This document shows positions 24,651-33,176 of a stretch of 41,319 nt of DNA, piece after piece (position 1 is the first letter of the stretch; each line of letters starts with the position of its first letter). The stretch covers positions 1-41,319 of the IMG/VR virus record IMGVR_UViG_3300032226_000613. One strand, given 5' to 3'. The notes under the pieces are model-generated. The model had not been told where the DNA came from and made no database searches. It saw only the letters and a program-made list of their open reading frames with translations. Both the position numbers and the translations under genes were made by a program. The DNA comes from a virus (taxonomy: Duplodnaviria > Caudoviricetes).

Positions 24651-25799
24651 ATGGCAAAAATTGAAATTTTCAAACCGGTGCATGCGGCAAAAAGCATGGA
24701 GGGAACATCTGTATCCCTTAGCGCCGCTGACCTGCAAGCGATCGCAGCGGGCTACAACGCCGCGCAGCACGAGGCGCCCTGCGTCATTGGCCACCCGACA
24801 CACGACGCCCCGGCCTACGGCTGGGTCAAGAGCCTGAGCTTCACCGATGGCGCCCTGGTGGCAGACATTGAAGCCGACCAGGCCCTGAAAGATTTGGTGG
24901 CACAGAAAGCCTACAAGAAGATCAGTGCCAGCTTTTACTTGCCCACGGCCCCCGGCAATCCAACTCCGGGCGACTTGGCGCTTCGCCATGTCGGCTTCCT
25001 GGGCGCGATGGCGCCTGGCATTAAAGGCCTCAAGGCTGTGAGCTTTGCCGAGGGCGAAGAAGGCGTGGTGACGTTTGGCGATCTGTCGGGCTACACCGGC
25101 ATAGACATCGCCGCGATGTTTCGCCGGCTGCGTGATTGGCTGATTGCTAAGGAAGGCCTGGACACGGCCGACCGCGTGCTGCCCTCTTGGGACGTGGACA
25201 GCGTGGCGCGCCAGGCGCAGCGCGCCGTAGACACACCTGACCCCGACGGCGCAATGCAACCGGCCAGTTTTGCCGACCCCGATCAATCAACCCAATTAAC
25301 CCAAGGAGCTTCGATGAAAACACCCGAGCAGCTACAAGCCGAGCTGGACGCGGCCAATGCCGCACTGAAAACGATGCAGGCCGCAGAGCAGGCGCGTCTG
25401 GACGCTGACCGCGCTACTGCGGCGGCCAACCGCCACGCTGGGCACGCCAGCTTTGCAGACAGCCTGGTGGCGGCGGCCAAGTGGCCTGCCGGTGCCAAAG
25501 ATGTGCTGGTGCAGGCGCTGGACGTGCTGGCCGCGCCCAGCGAAGGTGGTGTGGTGAGCTTTGGCGAGGGCGATGCGGCCAAGCCGCTGGCCAGCGTGCT
25601 GCAGGAGCAGCTAACTGCCCTGCCCGCTGCGGTGAGCTTTGCCGAGTTTGCAAAGAAGGGCGCATCTGGCGCCTCCTTGACGGACCGCGAGGTGGCATCG
25701 CGTGCCAAGGCTTATCAGGATCGCATGGCCAAGGGTGGCCAAAGCATCTCGCTAGGCCAAGCGGTCGACGCGGTGCACGCAGGCACGGACCAGGCCTGA
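24651..25799 (+). CDS. Head maturation protease/scaffold (Mu gpI-like)
   Basis: APCVIGHP...PAYGWV, YKKISASFY, LRHVGFLGA.APGIKGL. Confidence 0.9.
   Translation: MAKIEIFKPVHAAKSMEGTSVSLSAADLQAIAAGYNAAQHEAPCVIGHPTHDAPAYGWVKSLSFTDGALVADIEADQALKDLVAQKAYKKISASFYLPTAPGNPTPGDLALRHVGFLGAMAPGIKGLKAVSFAEGEEGVVTFGDLSGYTGIDIAAMFRRLRDWLIAKEGLDTADRVLPSWDVDSVARQAQRAVDTPDPDGAMQPASFADPDQSTQLTQGASMKTPEQLQAELDAANAALKTMQAAEQARLDADRATAAANRHAGHASFADSLVAAAKWPAGAKDVLVQALDVLAAPSEGGVVSFGEGDAAKPLASVLQEQLTALPAAVSFAEFAKKGASGASLTDREVASRAKAYQDRMAKGGQSISLGQAVDAVHAGTDQA
25314..25799 (+). CDS. Nested in-frame scaffold protein (gpZ-like)
   Basis: Internal AAGGAG (25303-25308) before an in-frame ATG, followed by a coiled coil. 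Confidence 0.7.
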   Translation: MKTPEQLQAELDAANAALKTMQAAEQARLDADRATAAANRHAGHASFADSLVAAAKWPAGAKDVLVQALDVLAAPSEGGVVSFGEGDAAKPLASVLQEQLTALPAAVSFAEFAKKGASGASLTDREVASRAKAYQDRMAKGGQSISLGQAVDAVHAGTDQA

Positions 25800-25856
25800 G
25801 CCAACCCGAGCTGAATTTAATAGCCAACCATTTTTCAATTTTCAAAAGGAGCTTGC

Positions 25857-26234
25857 ATGCGTAACCCAGGACTATCAAAAAGCTACAGCGCCGAGGCTGC
25901 TATTGCGGCTTACCGCATCGTCAAATTCGGCGCAGCCGATGGCGGTGTGCTGCAGGCTGCTGCTGCTGCGGACAAGAGCATCGGCGTGACCGACCGCATT
26001 GCGGCAGCAGTAGCGGGCGACCGCGTCGACATAACCCGCAGCGGCATTGCCGAAGTGGAATACGGCGCCACGGTGGCCGCAGGGGACTTGCTGACATCTG
26101 ACAGCGTGGGCCGCGCGATTGTGGCCAGCGCGACTACGGGCACCAACATCCGCGTGATCGGCGTGGCTGAGGTGGCCGGTGTGCTGGGCGATATCGGCAG
26201 CTTGATGCTGGAGCCCGGCAGCTTCCAGGGCTGA
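25857..26234 (+). CDS. Capsid decoration/cement protein (DUF2190-like)
   Basis: AEAAIAAYRIVKFG...IGV...GD.VD...G.AEVE.G..VAAGD.LTSD..GRAI. Confidence 0.8.
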   Translation: MRNPGLSKSYSAEAAIAAYRIVKFGAADGGVLQAAAAADKSIGVTDRIAAAVAGDRVDITRSGIAEVEYGATVAAGDLLTSDSVGRAIVASATTGTNIRVIGVAEVAGVLGDIGSLMLEPGSFQG

Positions 26235-26280
26235 TACAGCCCTTCAAGCGACTTTTTAAAAACGTTTCAGAAAGATTGAT

Positions 26281-27243
26281 ATGAGCACCAATACCGCTCC
26301 GTTTACCGTCCAGCCCCGGCTGACTCAGATTGCCATGGCCATCAAACCCGTGGGCATGATTGCCGACGAAGTTTGCCCACGCATCCCGGTGCCAGGCGAA
26401 AAATTCATCTACACCAAGATGTCTACAGAGGAGTCGTTCACGATTCCCGATGTGCGTGTTGGCCGAACAGGTGCGCCGAATACGGTGGAATTTGGTGGCG
26501 TAGATGTCAACGATTCGACCGAAGACTATGGCTTGGACGACCCGGTGCCCAACAAAGATATCAAGAACGCGCAGGGTACAAACTTTGATCCTGAGGCCGT
26601 TGCTGCTGAGCGCACCGAACTGCTGGTGCAGCTTGCGCGTGAAAAGCGTGTTGCTGATTTGTATTTCACGCTTGGCACTTACGCATCTACTTTGCGCCAG
26701 ACGCTGAGCGGTACATCGCAATGGAGCGACTACACCAACAGCGACCCCACGTCGGTAATCTTGGCCATGTTTGACAACATGTTGGTGCGACCAAACATCG
26801 GCATATTTGGCCAGTCCGTATATACCAAGTTTCGGATGCACCCGAAGGTTGTGGCCGCAGTGCTGAACAACTCTGGCGGCACCGGCGGCAGTGCATCCAC
26901 CGGCGTAGTGGCTCGGCGGGCGATTGCCGATTTGCTGGAGCTTGACGAGATTTATGTGGGCGGCGCATTTTCTACGACTACCAAAAAGGGCCAGACCGCT
27001 GCCTTTGGCCGGCTGTGGGGCAAGCACGCCGCTTTTATGCGGATCGACAAATCGGTACGTGACACCCGCATGGCAGTGCCGACTTTTGGGTTTACCGCGC
27101 AATGGGGGGACAAGGTGGCCGGCACGATTCAAGACGCGAACATTGGCCTCGAAGGCGGCATCAAAGTGCGCGTGGGCGAGCACGTCAAGGAGCTGGTGAG
27201 CTTTCAAGAAGTGGGCTGCTTTTTCCAGAACGCGGTGGCCTAA
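26281..27243 (+). CDS. Major capsid protein
   Basis: 320 aa; LTQIAMA...IADEV.PR.PV; position after protease and decoration genes; followed by a terminator. Confidence 0.85.
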   Translation: MSTNTAPFTVQPRLTQIAMAIKPVGMIADEVCPRIPVPGEKFIYTKMSTEESFTIPDVRVGRTGAPNTVEFGGVDVNDSTEDYGLDDPVPNKDIKNAQGTNFDPEAVAAERTELLVQLAREKRVADLYFTLGTYASTLRQTLSGTSQWSDYTNSDPTSVILAMFDNMLVRPNIGIFGQSVYTKFRMHPKVVAAVLNNSGGTGGSASTGVVARRAIADLLELDEIYVGGAFSTTTKKGQTAAFGRLWGKHAAFMRIDKSVRDTRMAVPTFGFTAQWGDKVAGTIQDANIGLEGGIKVRVGEHVKELVSFQEVGCFFQNAVA

Positions 27244-27281
27244 ACGCTAAAAGACCTGGGCGCAAGCCTAAGTCCTCAATC

Positions 27282-27311
27282 AAACCGGTTCGCGACAGAG
27301 CCGGTTTTTTT
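27282..27311 (+). terminator. Intrinsic terminator after the capsid gene
   Basis: AAACCGGTTC-GCGACA-GAGCCGGTTT followed by a U-tract; preceded by a GCAA-tetraloop hairpin (27253-27274). Confidence 0.75.
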
Positions 27312-27347
27312 GAGTACTTGAAACCGATTTTTACCAAGGAGAAATTG

Positions 27348-27542
27348 ATGGCAAAACAAAACGCCCCTACCAGCCCAAACGCCCCTGACAGCGCAGACAA
27401 AAAAGAACCGGCAGCCGAGGCCGGTTACAAGGTGCTGAGCAACCTGGACCATGACGGGCAGCTCTTTGCACCGGGCGATACGGTCTACCTGACCGAGGCG
27501 CAGGCCAAGCCGCTGCTGGGCGGCGCTATCGCTGCGGAGTAA
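27348..27542 (+). CDS. Small head-associated protein
   Basis: AAGGAG RBS; YKVLSNLDHDGQLFAPGDTV.LTEAQA..LL. Confidence 0.75.
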   Translation: MAKQNAPTSPNAPDSADKKEPAAEAGYKVLSNLDHDGQLFAPGDTVYLTEAQAKPLLGGAIAAE

Positions 27543-27552
27543 GTAGACCGAC

Positions 27553-27999
27553 ATGAGCTACGCCACCGCCGCCCAATTGATCGATCGCCTGGGCACCCGT
27601 GAGGCTGCGGCGATTAGCCGCGCGACCAACGGCGTGCCGGACGAAGCGGTGTTGGCCGAGGCGCTGGCGCTGGCCAGCGAAGAGGTGGACGCGTATGTGG
27701 GGCGCCGCTACCTGCTGCCGCTGACCAGCGCGGACACCGGGGCGGCTGCTTTGCCGACGATTTTGCAGCGCGTGGCGATTGATATTGCCCGGTACCGGCA
27801 GACGGGTACCGAGATCATGGAGACGGAGACGATACGCACCCGGTACAAAGACGCGGTGAAGCTGCTGGAGCAGATATCGCGCGGCGAGGTGAGCATCGGC
27901 GGCATGGTGTTGGCAGCAAGCGGCGGCGCAGCGGCCACCAGTGGCTCCAGCGCGGTACGCACCGGCACCAAAAGCTTTGACATGGACCAGGTGCTCTGA
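27553..27999 (+). CDS. Head-tail adaptor (Mu gp36, DUF1320)
   Basis: MSYAT...AS.EVD.Y.G.RY.LPL...DIARY...RYKDAVKLL. Confidence 0.9.
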   Translation: MSYATAAQLIDRLGTREAAAISRATNGVPDEAVLAEALALASEEVDAYVGRRYLLPLTSADTGAAALPTILQRVAIDIARYRQTGTEIMETETIRTRYKDAVKLLEQISRGEVSIGGMVLAASGGAAATSGSSAVRTGTKSFDMDQVL

Positions 28000-28000
28000 G

Positions 28001-28591
28001 ATGGCCGACATGATCAGCACCGTAGAGAGCGCCATCGTGGGGCAGCTGCGCGCAGTACAGCGGGGCTACGCGGGCCTGATGGTGGAAAGCTATGCGGGGC
28101 AACTGGACGACGAATTGTTTGCGTGGATTCGGACGCTGCCAGCGACCTGGGTGACCTTTGACCAGGTGCAAGAACCCAAGCGCCTGGGCGCCCACACATT
28201 CCAGGTGCAGGCCAGCTTTGAGGTGCTGTGCGCGCAGCGGGCGCTGACAGAGAACGCCGGCCGACTGAATGCCGCCAGCGCGGGCATGGAGGTAGGCGTG
28301 TACCAGCTGCTGCACGACAACAAGCTGGCGCTGGCTAACAACAAGCTGGGCTTGTCGATTGGCCCGCTGATGCCCGGCGCCATTCGCCCGGTGATGAAAA
28401 GCATGGTGAACCGGGAGGCCGTGGCGGTGTACGCGCAGCGGTTTAGCACCGTGTGGGTAGAGGTGTATGCCGATGCCGACCTGGTGCCGCCTGGCGAGCT
28501 GCAGACGATTGGCCTGAGCTACTACCTCAAGCCCCAGCACAGCGCAGCGGGCGACGAGGCCGATGCCACCGATTTGATGACGATTACCTAG
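28001..28591 (+). CDS. Neck/tail terminator (Mu gp37, DUF1834)
   Basis: VESYAGQLD...LPATWVTF; GVYQL; position. Confidence 0.82.
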   Translation: MADMISTVESAIVGQLRAVQRGYAGLMVESYAGQLDDELFAWIRTLPATWVTFDQVQEPKRLGAHTFQVQASFEVLCAQRALTENAGRLNAASAGMEVGVYQLLHDNKLALANNKLGLSIGPLMPGAIRPVMKSMVNREAVAVYAQRFSTVWVEVYADADLVPPGELQTIGLSYYLKPQHSAAGDEADATDLMTIT

Positions 28592-28600
28592 AGGACGCAT

Positions 28601-28801
28601 ATGAGAGTGATTGCAGCCCAGGGCCTGAAGGTGCCCAAAGAAACCAACCCCCGCGAGTACATCAACGACACGCAGGCGCAGGAGATCGATGTAACGGCGT
28701 ACTACCTGCGCCGCCTGGCTGACTGCGAGCTGGTGGAGGTGGCCGCTGAGCAGGCAAACCCCACCGACGCCGCTGCGCCCAGGGGCAAGGCGGCGAAGTA
28801 A
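28601..28801 (+). CDS. DUF2635 / Mu gp38-like protein
   Basis: GLKVPKE...YYLRRLAD.EL; directly before the sheath gene. Confidence 0.82.
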   Translation: MRVIAAQGLKVPKETNPREYINDTQAQEIDVTAYYLRRLADCELVEVAAEQANPTDAAAPRGKAAK

Positions 28802-28878
28802 GAGCGCCGAAGTCGTTTTTTCGCGCACCCGAGCCCACCAGCCACTGGCTGCACTGATTTTTTAAAAGGACCACCGCA

Positions 28879-30303
28879 ATGGCAAGCCAAAATATCGCTT
28901 TTTCGTCGATTCCCAGCTCGATCCGCAAGCCTGGCAAGTACTTTGAGTACAACGCCGCCCTGGCCGTGCGCTCGTTGCCCACCAACCTGCAGCGCGTGCT
29001 GATCGTTGCGCAGATGCTGACCAGCGGCGCAACAGCCACTGCGAATGCGGTGGTGCAGGTGTTTGACTCGGAGACGGCGGCAGCGCTGTTTGGCCGGGGC
29101 AGCCAGGCACACCGCATGGTGAAGGCGGCGCTTAATGCAAACCGCTATGCCCAACTGTTTGTGCTGCCGGTGGCTGATGCGGCCTCCAGCGTGGCGGCGA
29201 CGGCAACGGTAACCGCGTCAGGCGCTGCGACCACGGCGGGTACTCTGGTGCTTACCGTGTGCGGCGTGCGCGCGGAGGTGGCTGTGGCCAGCGGTGACAC
29301 TGCGGCTACCTTTGCCACCAACCTCAACGCCGCGCTGGCGCTACTGACAGACTTGCCAGTCACGCGCAGCGTGGCAGCGGGCGTGGTGACGCTGACGCAG
29401 CGCAACAAGGGCACGGTGGGGAACGCTCACCTTGTCAAGGTGAGTGGCACGGTGGCAGGCCTGACGGTGGCGGCCACGGCATTTACCGGCGGCACGCTGG
29501 ACCCGACCTTGGCGACGGCCCTGGCAGCGGCGTTTGGCGGTGGCCATGAAATTTTGGTGGTGCCCTACAGCACCGGCACACCGCTGACGGACCTGCGCAC
29601 GCACCTGAACGCCGTGAGCGACCCGATGGAGCGACGGCCTGCAATAGGGGTGTATGCCAGCGGGGGCACGCTCAGTGCAGCGACTACGCAGGCGGGGACG
29701 CTTAACGGCAACCGGCTCACTGCCGGATTTTTGAAAAACAGCTCGACCCCGGCCGAGGAACTGGCAGGCATGTATGCCAGCGTGGTGGCGTTTGAAGAAG
29801 ACCCGGCACGCCCACTGAACACGCTGGTGCTGACCGGTGCCGTGGCGCCGGATGTGGCTGACCGCTTGAGCCGCACCGAGCAAGAGAGCTGCTTGGCCAA
29901 CGGTGTGACACCGCTGGAATGGGGCCCTGGTGATGTGGTGCAGATTGTGCGGGCGGTGACGACTTACACGCTTAACCCCAGCAGCGTGGCCGATGTGAGC
30001 TGGCTGGACCTGACCACCATGCGCACCATGGACTACGTGATGAAGGCTATGCGCACGCGGGTGGAGCTGCGGTTTCCGCGCGACAAGCTGAGCGCCAAGA
30101 CGCCGGCGCGCGTGCGCAGCGAGCTGCTGGACGTGGCGCTGAAGCTCGAAGAGCTGGAGATCGTTGAGAACGTGGACAAGTGGGCCAATGACCTGGTGGT
30201 GGAGCGTGACAGCCAAGACGTGAACCGGCTGAATGCCAAGATTCCGGTGGACGTGGTTAACGGGCTGCATGTTTTTGCGGGGCGCCTGGACTTGATTTTG
30301 TAA
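28879..30303 (+). CDS. Contractile tail sheath (gpL-like)
   Basis: IPSSIRKPGKYFE, FGRGS.AH.M, DPARPLNTL, GVTPLE, PVDVVNGLHVFA. Confidence 0.95.
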   Translation: MASQNIAFSSIPSSIRKPGKYFEYNAALAVRSLPTNLQRVLIVAQMLTSGATATANAVVQVFDSETAAALFGRGSQAHRMVKAALNANRYAQLFVLPVADAASSVAATATVTASGAATTAGTLVLTVCGVRAEVAVASGDTAATFATNLNAALALLTDLPVTRSVAAGVVTLTQRNKGTVGNAHLVKVSGTVAGLTVAATAFTGGTLDPTLATALAAAFGGGHEILVVPYSTGTPLTDLRTHLNAVSDPMERRPAIGVYASGGTLSAATTQAGTLNGNRLTAGFLKNSSTPAEELAGMYASVVAFEEDPARPLNTLVLTGAVAPDVADRLSRTEQESCLANGVTPLEWGPGDVVQIVRAVTTYTLNPSSVADVSWLDLTTMRTMDYVMKAMRTRVELRFPRDKLSAKTPARVRSELLDVALKLEELEIVENVDKWANDLVVERDSQDVNRLNAKIPVDVVNGLHVFAGRLDLIL

Positions 30304-30346
30304 GCGCTGGTTTGCCTGTAGCAACGATTTTTAAAAGGACATTGAA

Positions 30347-30721
30347 ATGGCACTGATTGAATACGCTGGCGCGGTCACCCTGGAAGTGGACAGCAAGGAG
30401 ATTGAGATCACCAGCTTTGGGGTGCGGGTGAGCACCGGGCGCCGCCCAGTCAAGACAATGAACCGGGCGGGACGCATCCAGGGCTTTAGCCGTGGCATTA
30501 CGACCTTTGACATTACGGCAACGGCGGTGATACCGATTGGCGGCTCTGAGATTGACTGGGCCAACATCGAAGGCGCCAAGCTGACGGTGCAGCCCATTGG
30601 CGGCGGTGAGCGGGTAAGCTACACCGACTGCTTTACGGTAGAGACCAGCGAAAAGTACCAGGTGGAAGGCGAGGCCGTCATTGACCTGACGCTGGTGGCG
30701 CTGCGCAAGGTGGTTGAGTGA
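30347..30721 (+). CDS. Tail tube protein
   Basis: 124 aa, beta-rich, directly after the sheath; strong RBS. Confidence 0.85.
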   Translation: MALIEYAGAVTLEVDSKEIEITSFGVRVSTGRRPVKTMNRAGRIQGFSRGITTFDITATAVIPIGGSEIDWANIEGAKLTVQPIGGGERVSYTDCFTVETSEKYQVEGEAVIDLTLVALRKVVE

Positions 30722-31077
30722 TGGACGCCTTGACCCAGACCGGCAAGCTGCTGAGTGGCGTGGTGGTGGACGGTGTGACGCACCGCGCATTCACGCTGCG
30801 CCTGCCCACTGTGAAGGACAACATCGACGCCGTTGACCTGGTGGGCGGAACCAACGGCGTGGCGCTGAGCGCGGCGATATTGGCTAGCCAGCTGGTGCAG
30901 CTTGGCACCCTGGACAAAAAAAAGCAGATTAACTTTGACCTGGTGGCAGGCATGCACCCGGCAGACTTCAATTTGCTGGAAGGGGCGGCTACAAGCCTGG
31001 AAAAAAAGCGCGTGGCCGCTGCGAAGAGTCTGCAAACTGGTGCCGAGTCCGGCTTGCCCTCGTCGCCCTTGGGCTGA
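30721..31077 (+). CDS. Tail assembly chaperone (G form)
   Basis: Between tube and tape measure; in-frame slippery site A_AAA_AAG at 31002-31008. Confidence 0.85.
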   Translation: MDALTQTGKLLSGVVVDGVTHRAFTLRLPTVKDNIDAVDLVGGTNGVALSAAILASQLVQLGTLDKKKQINFDLVAGMHPADFNLLEGAATSLEKKRVAAAKSLQTGAESGLPSSPLG

Positions 31078-31223
31078 CCTGGACCGAGGCGGGCGAGCTG
31101 GACACAGCACGCGCCAGGCAGCTGCTGGAGATCGCCGGCGGCAAACGCAGCAGCGGCCGACCGGAGACGACCAAGGTCGTGAGCCTTCGAAAACGAAAAC
31201 CTAAGCCTAACTCAGCCCCATGA
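30721..31223 (+). CDS. Tail assembly chaperone GT form via programmed -1 frameshift
   Basis: The -1 frame from 31008 is open (ARGRCEE...LALVALGLTWTEAGELD...) to a TGA at 31221-31223 that overlaps the TMP ATG. Confidence 0.75.
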
Positions 31224-33175
31224 CACAAGATTTGCGCATAGCCCTGACGACTAGCCTGAACGACCGGCTGGTGGCGCCGCTGCGCCGTACGCTGGACGAG
31301 GTTGAAAAAAACTTGATGGGCCTAGAAAAAGAGCTGGGCAATGTGAATAAGGGCGGCCAGCTGGTGGGTAAGACGCTGGCCGGCATGCCAGGGCCAGCCC
31401 AGGCGGCAAAAGAGGTGATGGAGCTGTCTCGCAACACAAGCAACGCCGTGGGCCTGGCGGAAAAGTTGCGGGCGGCATGGTCGGTGGCGGGCAACACGAT
31501 ACGCGGGGTGGCTTCTGGCGTGGCAGGCTTGCAAGCGGCCAGGTATGTGCTGAGCGCGCCGCTGCAAAAAGAGCGCAGCTATGACCGCGCGCTGCGCGAC
31601 CTGGGCAACACTGCCTATGGCGACCTGACGGGGCCTGCATTCACCGCGAAGGTGGCGAGCCTGGACGCCGTGCTGACAGCCGCGCTGCGGGCCGGTGGCG
31701 GCACGCGCGAGGGCGCGGTGGAGGCGGCAAGCACGCTGATGGCGCAGGGCGGGCTGAACGACAGCCAAATGGCGATGGTGATGCCGACCATCCTCAAGGC
31801 AGCGACCGCTGCCAATGCCGCACCCAGCGACATTGCCAACGTGGTGGCGGCGATGCTGAAAAATGGATTTGGACCCGAAACGATTGCAACCATGATTGGT
31901 AAGGGGATTGCGTCTGGCCAGGCCGGAGGGTTTGAGATGCGAGACATGGCAAAGTGGCTGCCGAAGCATCTGGCCGCTGGCTCGACCATCGGCATGACCG
32001 GCATGCGCGACTACGAAGAGATTTTGGGCCTGGCGCAAGTGGCGCGAACAACGGCGGGCAGTAGTGACGAGGCGGGCAATAACTTGCTAAACCTTTTGCT
32101 TAAGATCAATTCGCCAGACACCCAGGTCGACGCGCGCAAGCAAGGAGTTGACCTTTCTGGCACGCTGGCTGCGAACCGTGCCTCTGGTATGAGCGCAGCG
32201 GCTGCATTCATTGGCCTGCTGCAAAAGCAGATGGATGCGGACCCAAGGATAGTGAAGCTACGCGCCCAGTACGCCGCGGCGGGCACGGATGGCGAGCGGC
32301 AAGCGTCGATCAAGGCACAGGAGCAGATATTTGCGGGTAGCGCACTGGGCAAGTACTTGAGCGATCGCCAGGCGCTGATGCCTGCGATTGCAGTAATCAA
32401 TAACCCCGCCGAACTCAAACGTCAGATTGCCGCCGCACGCAACGGCGGTGCGCCGACGATGGAGCGCGCCTTTGCCAACATTGCGGATGGCAATGACTTT
32501 AAGGTGCAGCAGCAAGTCAATGCGAAGCTGATTGCGCAAACCGATGCACTGACTGGCGTGAACAATGCGCTGGGAAACCTGAGCCAGATCACGGTGGACC
32601 TGTACCAGGAGTTCCCCATGCTGGCCGCAGCATTAGAGGGGGGCAAGTTGGCGGTATGGTCCCTCGCAGCCGCTGCCACCGCAGCTTCTGGTGCATTGGC
32701 GTTCTTTGTTTTGGCTGGCCGAGGTGGTGCTGCAGGCGCTGCGGCTGGTGCTGCTGGTGCTGGTGCTGCGCAAGCGACCGCCGGTACCGGGGCTGGCGCT
32801 GCCACAGCAGGGGTGCTGGGATCTGGTGCTGTTGCGACCGCAGGCGTCGTGGCCACGGGTGGCTTGCTGGCCACGATGTTCGCCGGCAGCGTAGTGGCAC
32901 GCAATGCCGAGGCCTTTGCCACCATGGGGGCGGACGCTGGCGACACGGCTTTTGCAGCGGCGATCATGGACGCCTCGCGCAACAAGGCGCCTGCCGCGCA
33001 GCCGGTGAGCCCGCAGGACCAGGAGGCCAATGCGCGTGCCGCGCTGCAGGCGGTGTCGCCGATCCTGGACCGCCTGGAAGCTTTGGCCGAGCGCCCGGTG
33101 ATGCTGACCGTAGATGGCCAGGTGCTGGCCCAGTCACTCAACACGACCAACGCGCGCACTGCGTCGCGGCATTGA
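31220..33175 (+). CDS. Tail tape measure protein
   Basis: 651 aa, Ala/Gly-rich helical; GQAGGFEMRDMAKWLP; position. Confidence 0.9.
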   Translation: MTQDLRIALTTSLNDRLVAPLRRTLDEVEKNLMGLEKELGNVNKGGQLVGKTLAGMPGPAQAAKEVMELSRNTSNAVGLAEKLRAAWSVAGNTIRGVASGVAGLQAARYVLSAPLQKERSYDRALRDLGNTAYGDLTGPAFTAKVASLDAVLTAALRAGGGTREGAVEAASTLMAQGGLNDSQMAMVMPTILKAATAANAAPSDIANVVAAMLKNGFGPETIATMIGKGIASGQAGGFEMRDMAKWLPKHLAAGSTIGMTGMRDYEEILGLAQVARTTAGSSDEAGNNLLNLLLKINSPDTQVDARKQGVDLSGTLAANRASGMSAAAAFIGLLQKQMDADPRIVKLRAQYAAAGTDGERQASIKAQEQIFAGSALGKYLSDRQALMPAIAVINNPAELKRQIAAARNGGAPTMERAFANIADGNDFKVQQQVNAKLIAQTDALTGVNNALGNLSQITVDLYQEFPMLAAALEGGKLAVWSLAAAATAASGALAFFVLAGRGGAAGAAAGAAGAGAAQATAGTGAGAATAGVLGSGAVATAGVVATGGLLATMFAGSVVARNAEAFATMGADAGDTAFAAAIMDASRNKAPAAQPVSPQDQEANARAALQAVSPILDRLEALAERPVMLTVDGQVLAQSLNTTNARTASRH

Positions 33176-33176
33176 T

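Noticed and set aside
32722-32860. GCT/GGT-rich repeat run
   Set aside because: It is an Ala/Gly low-complexity stretch of the tape measure protein.
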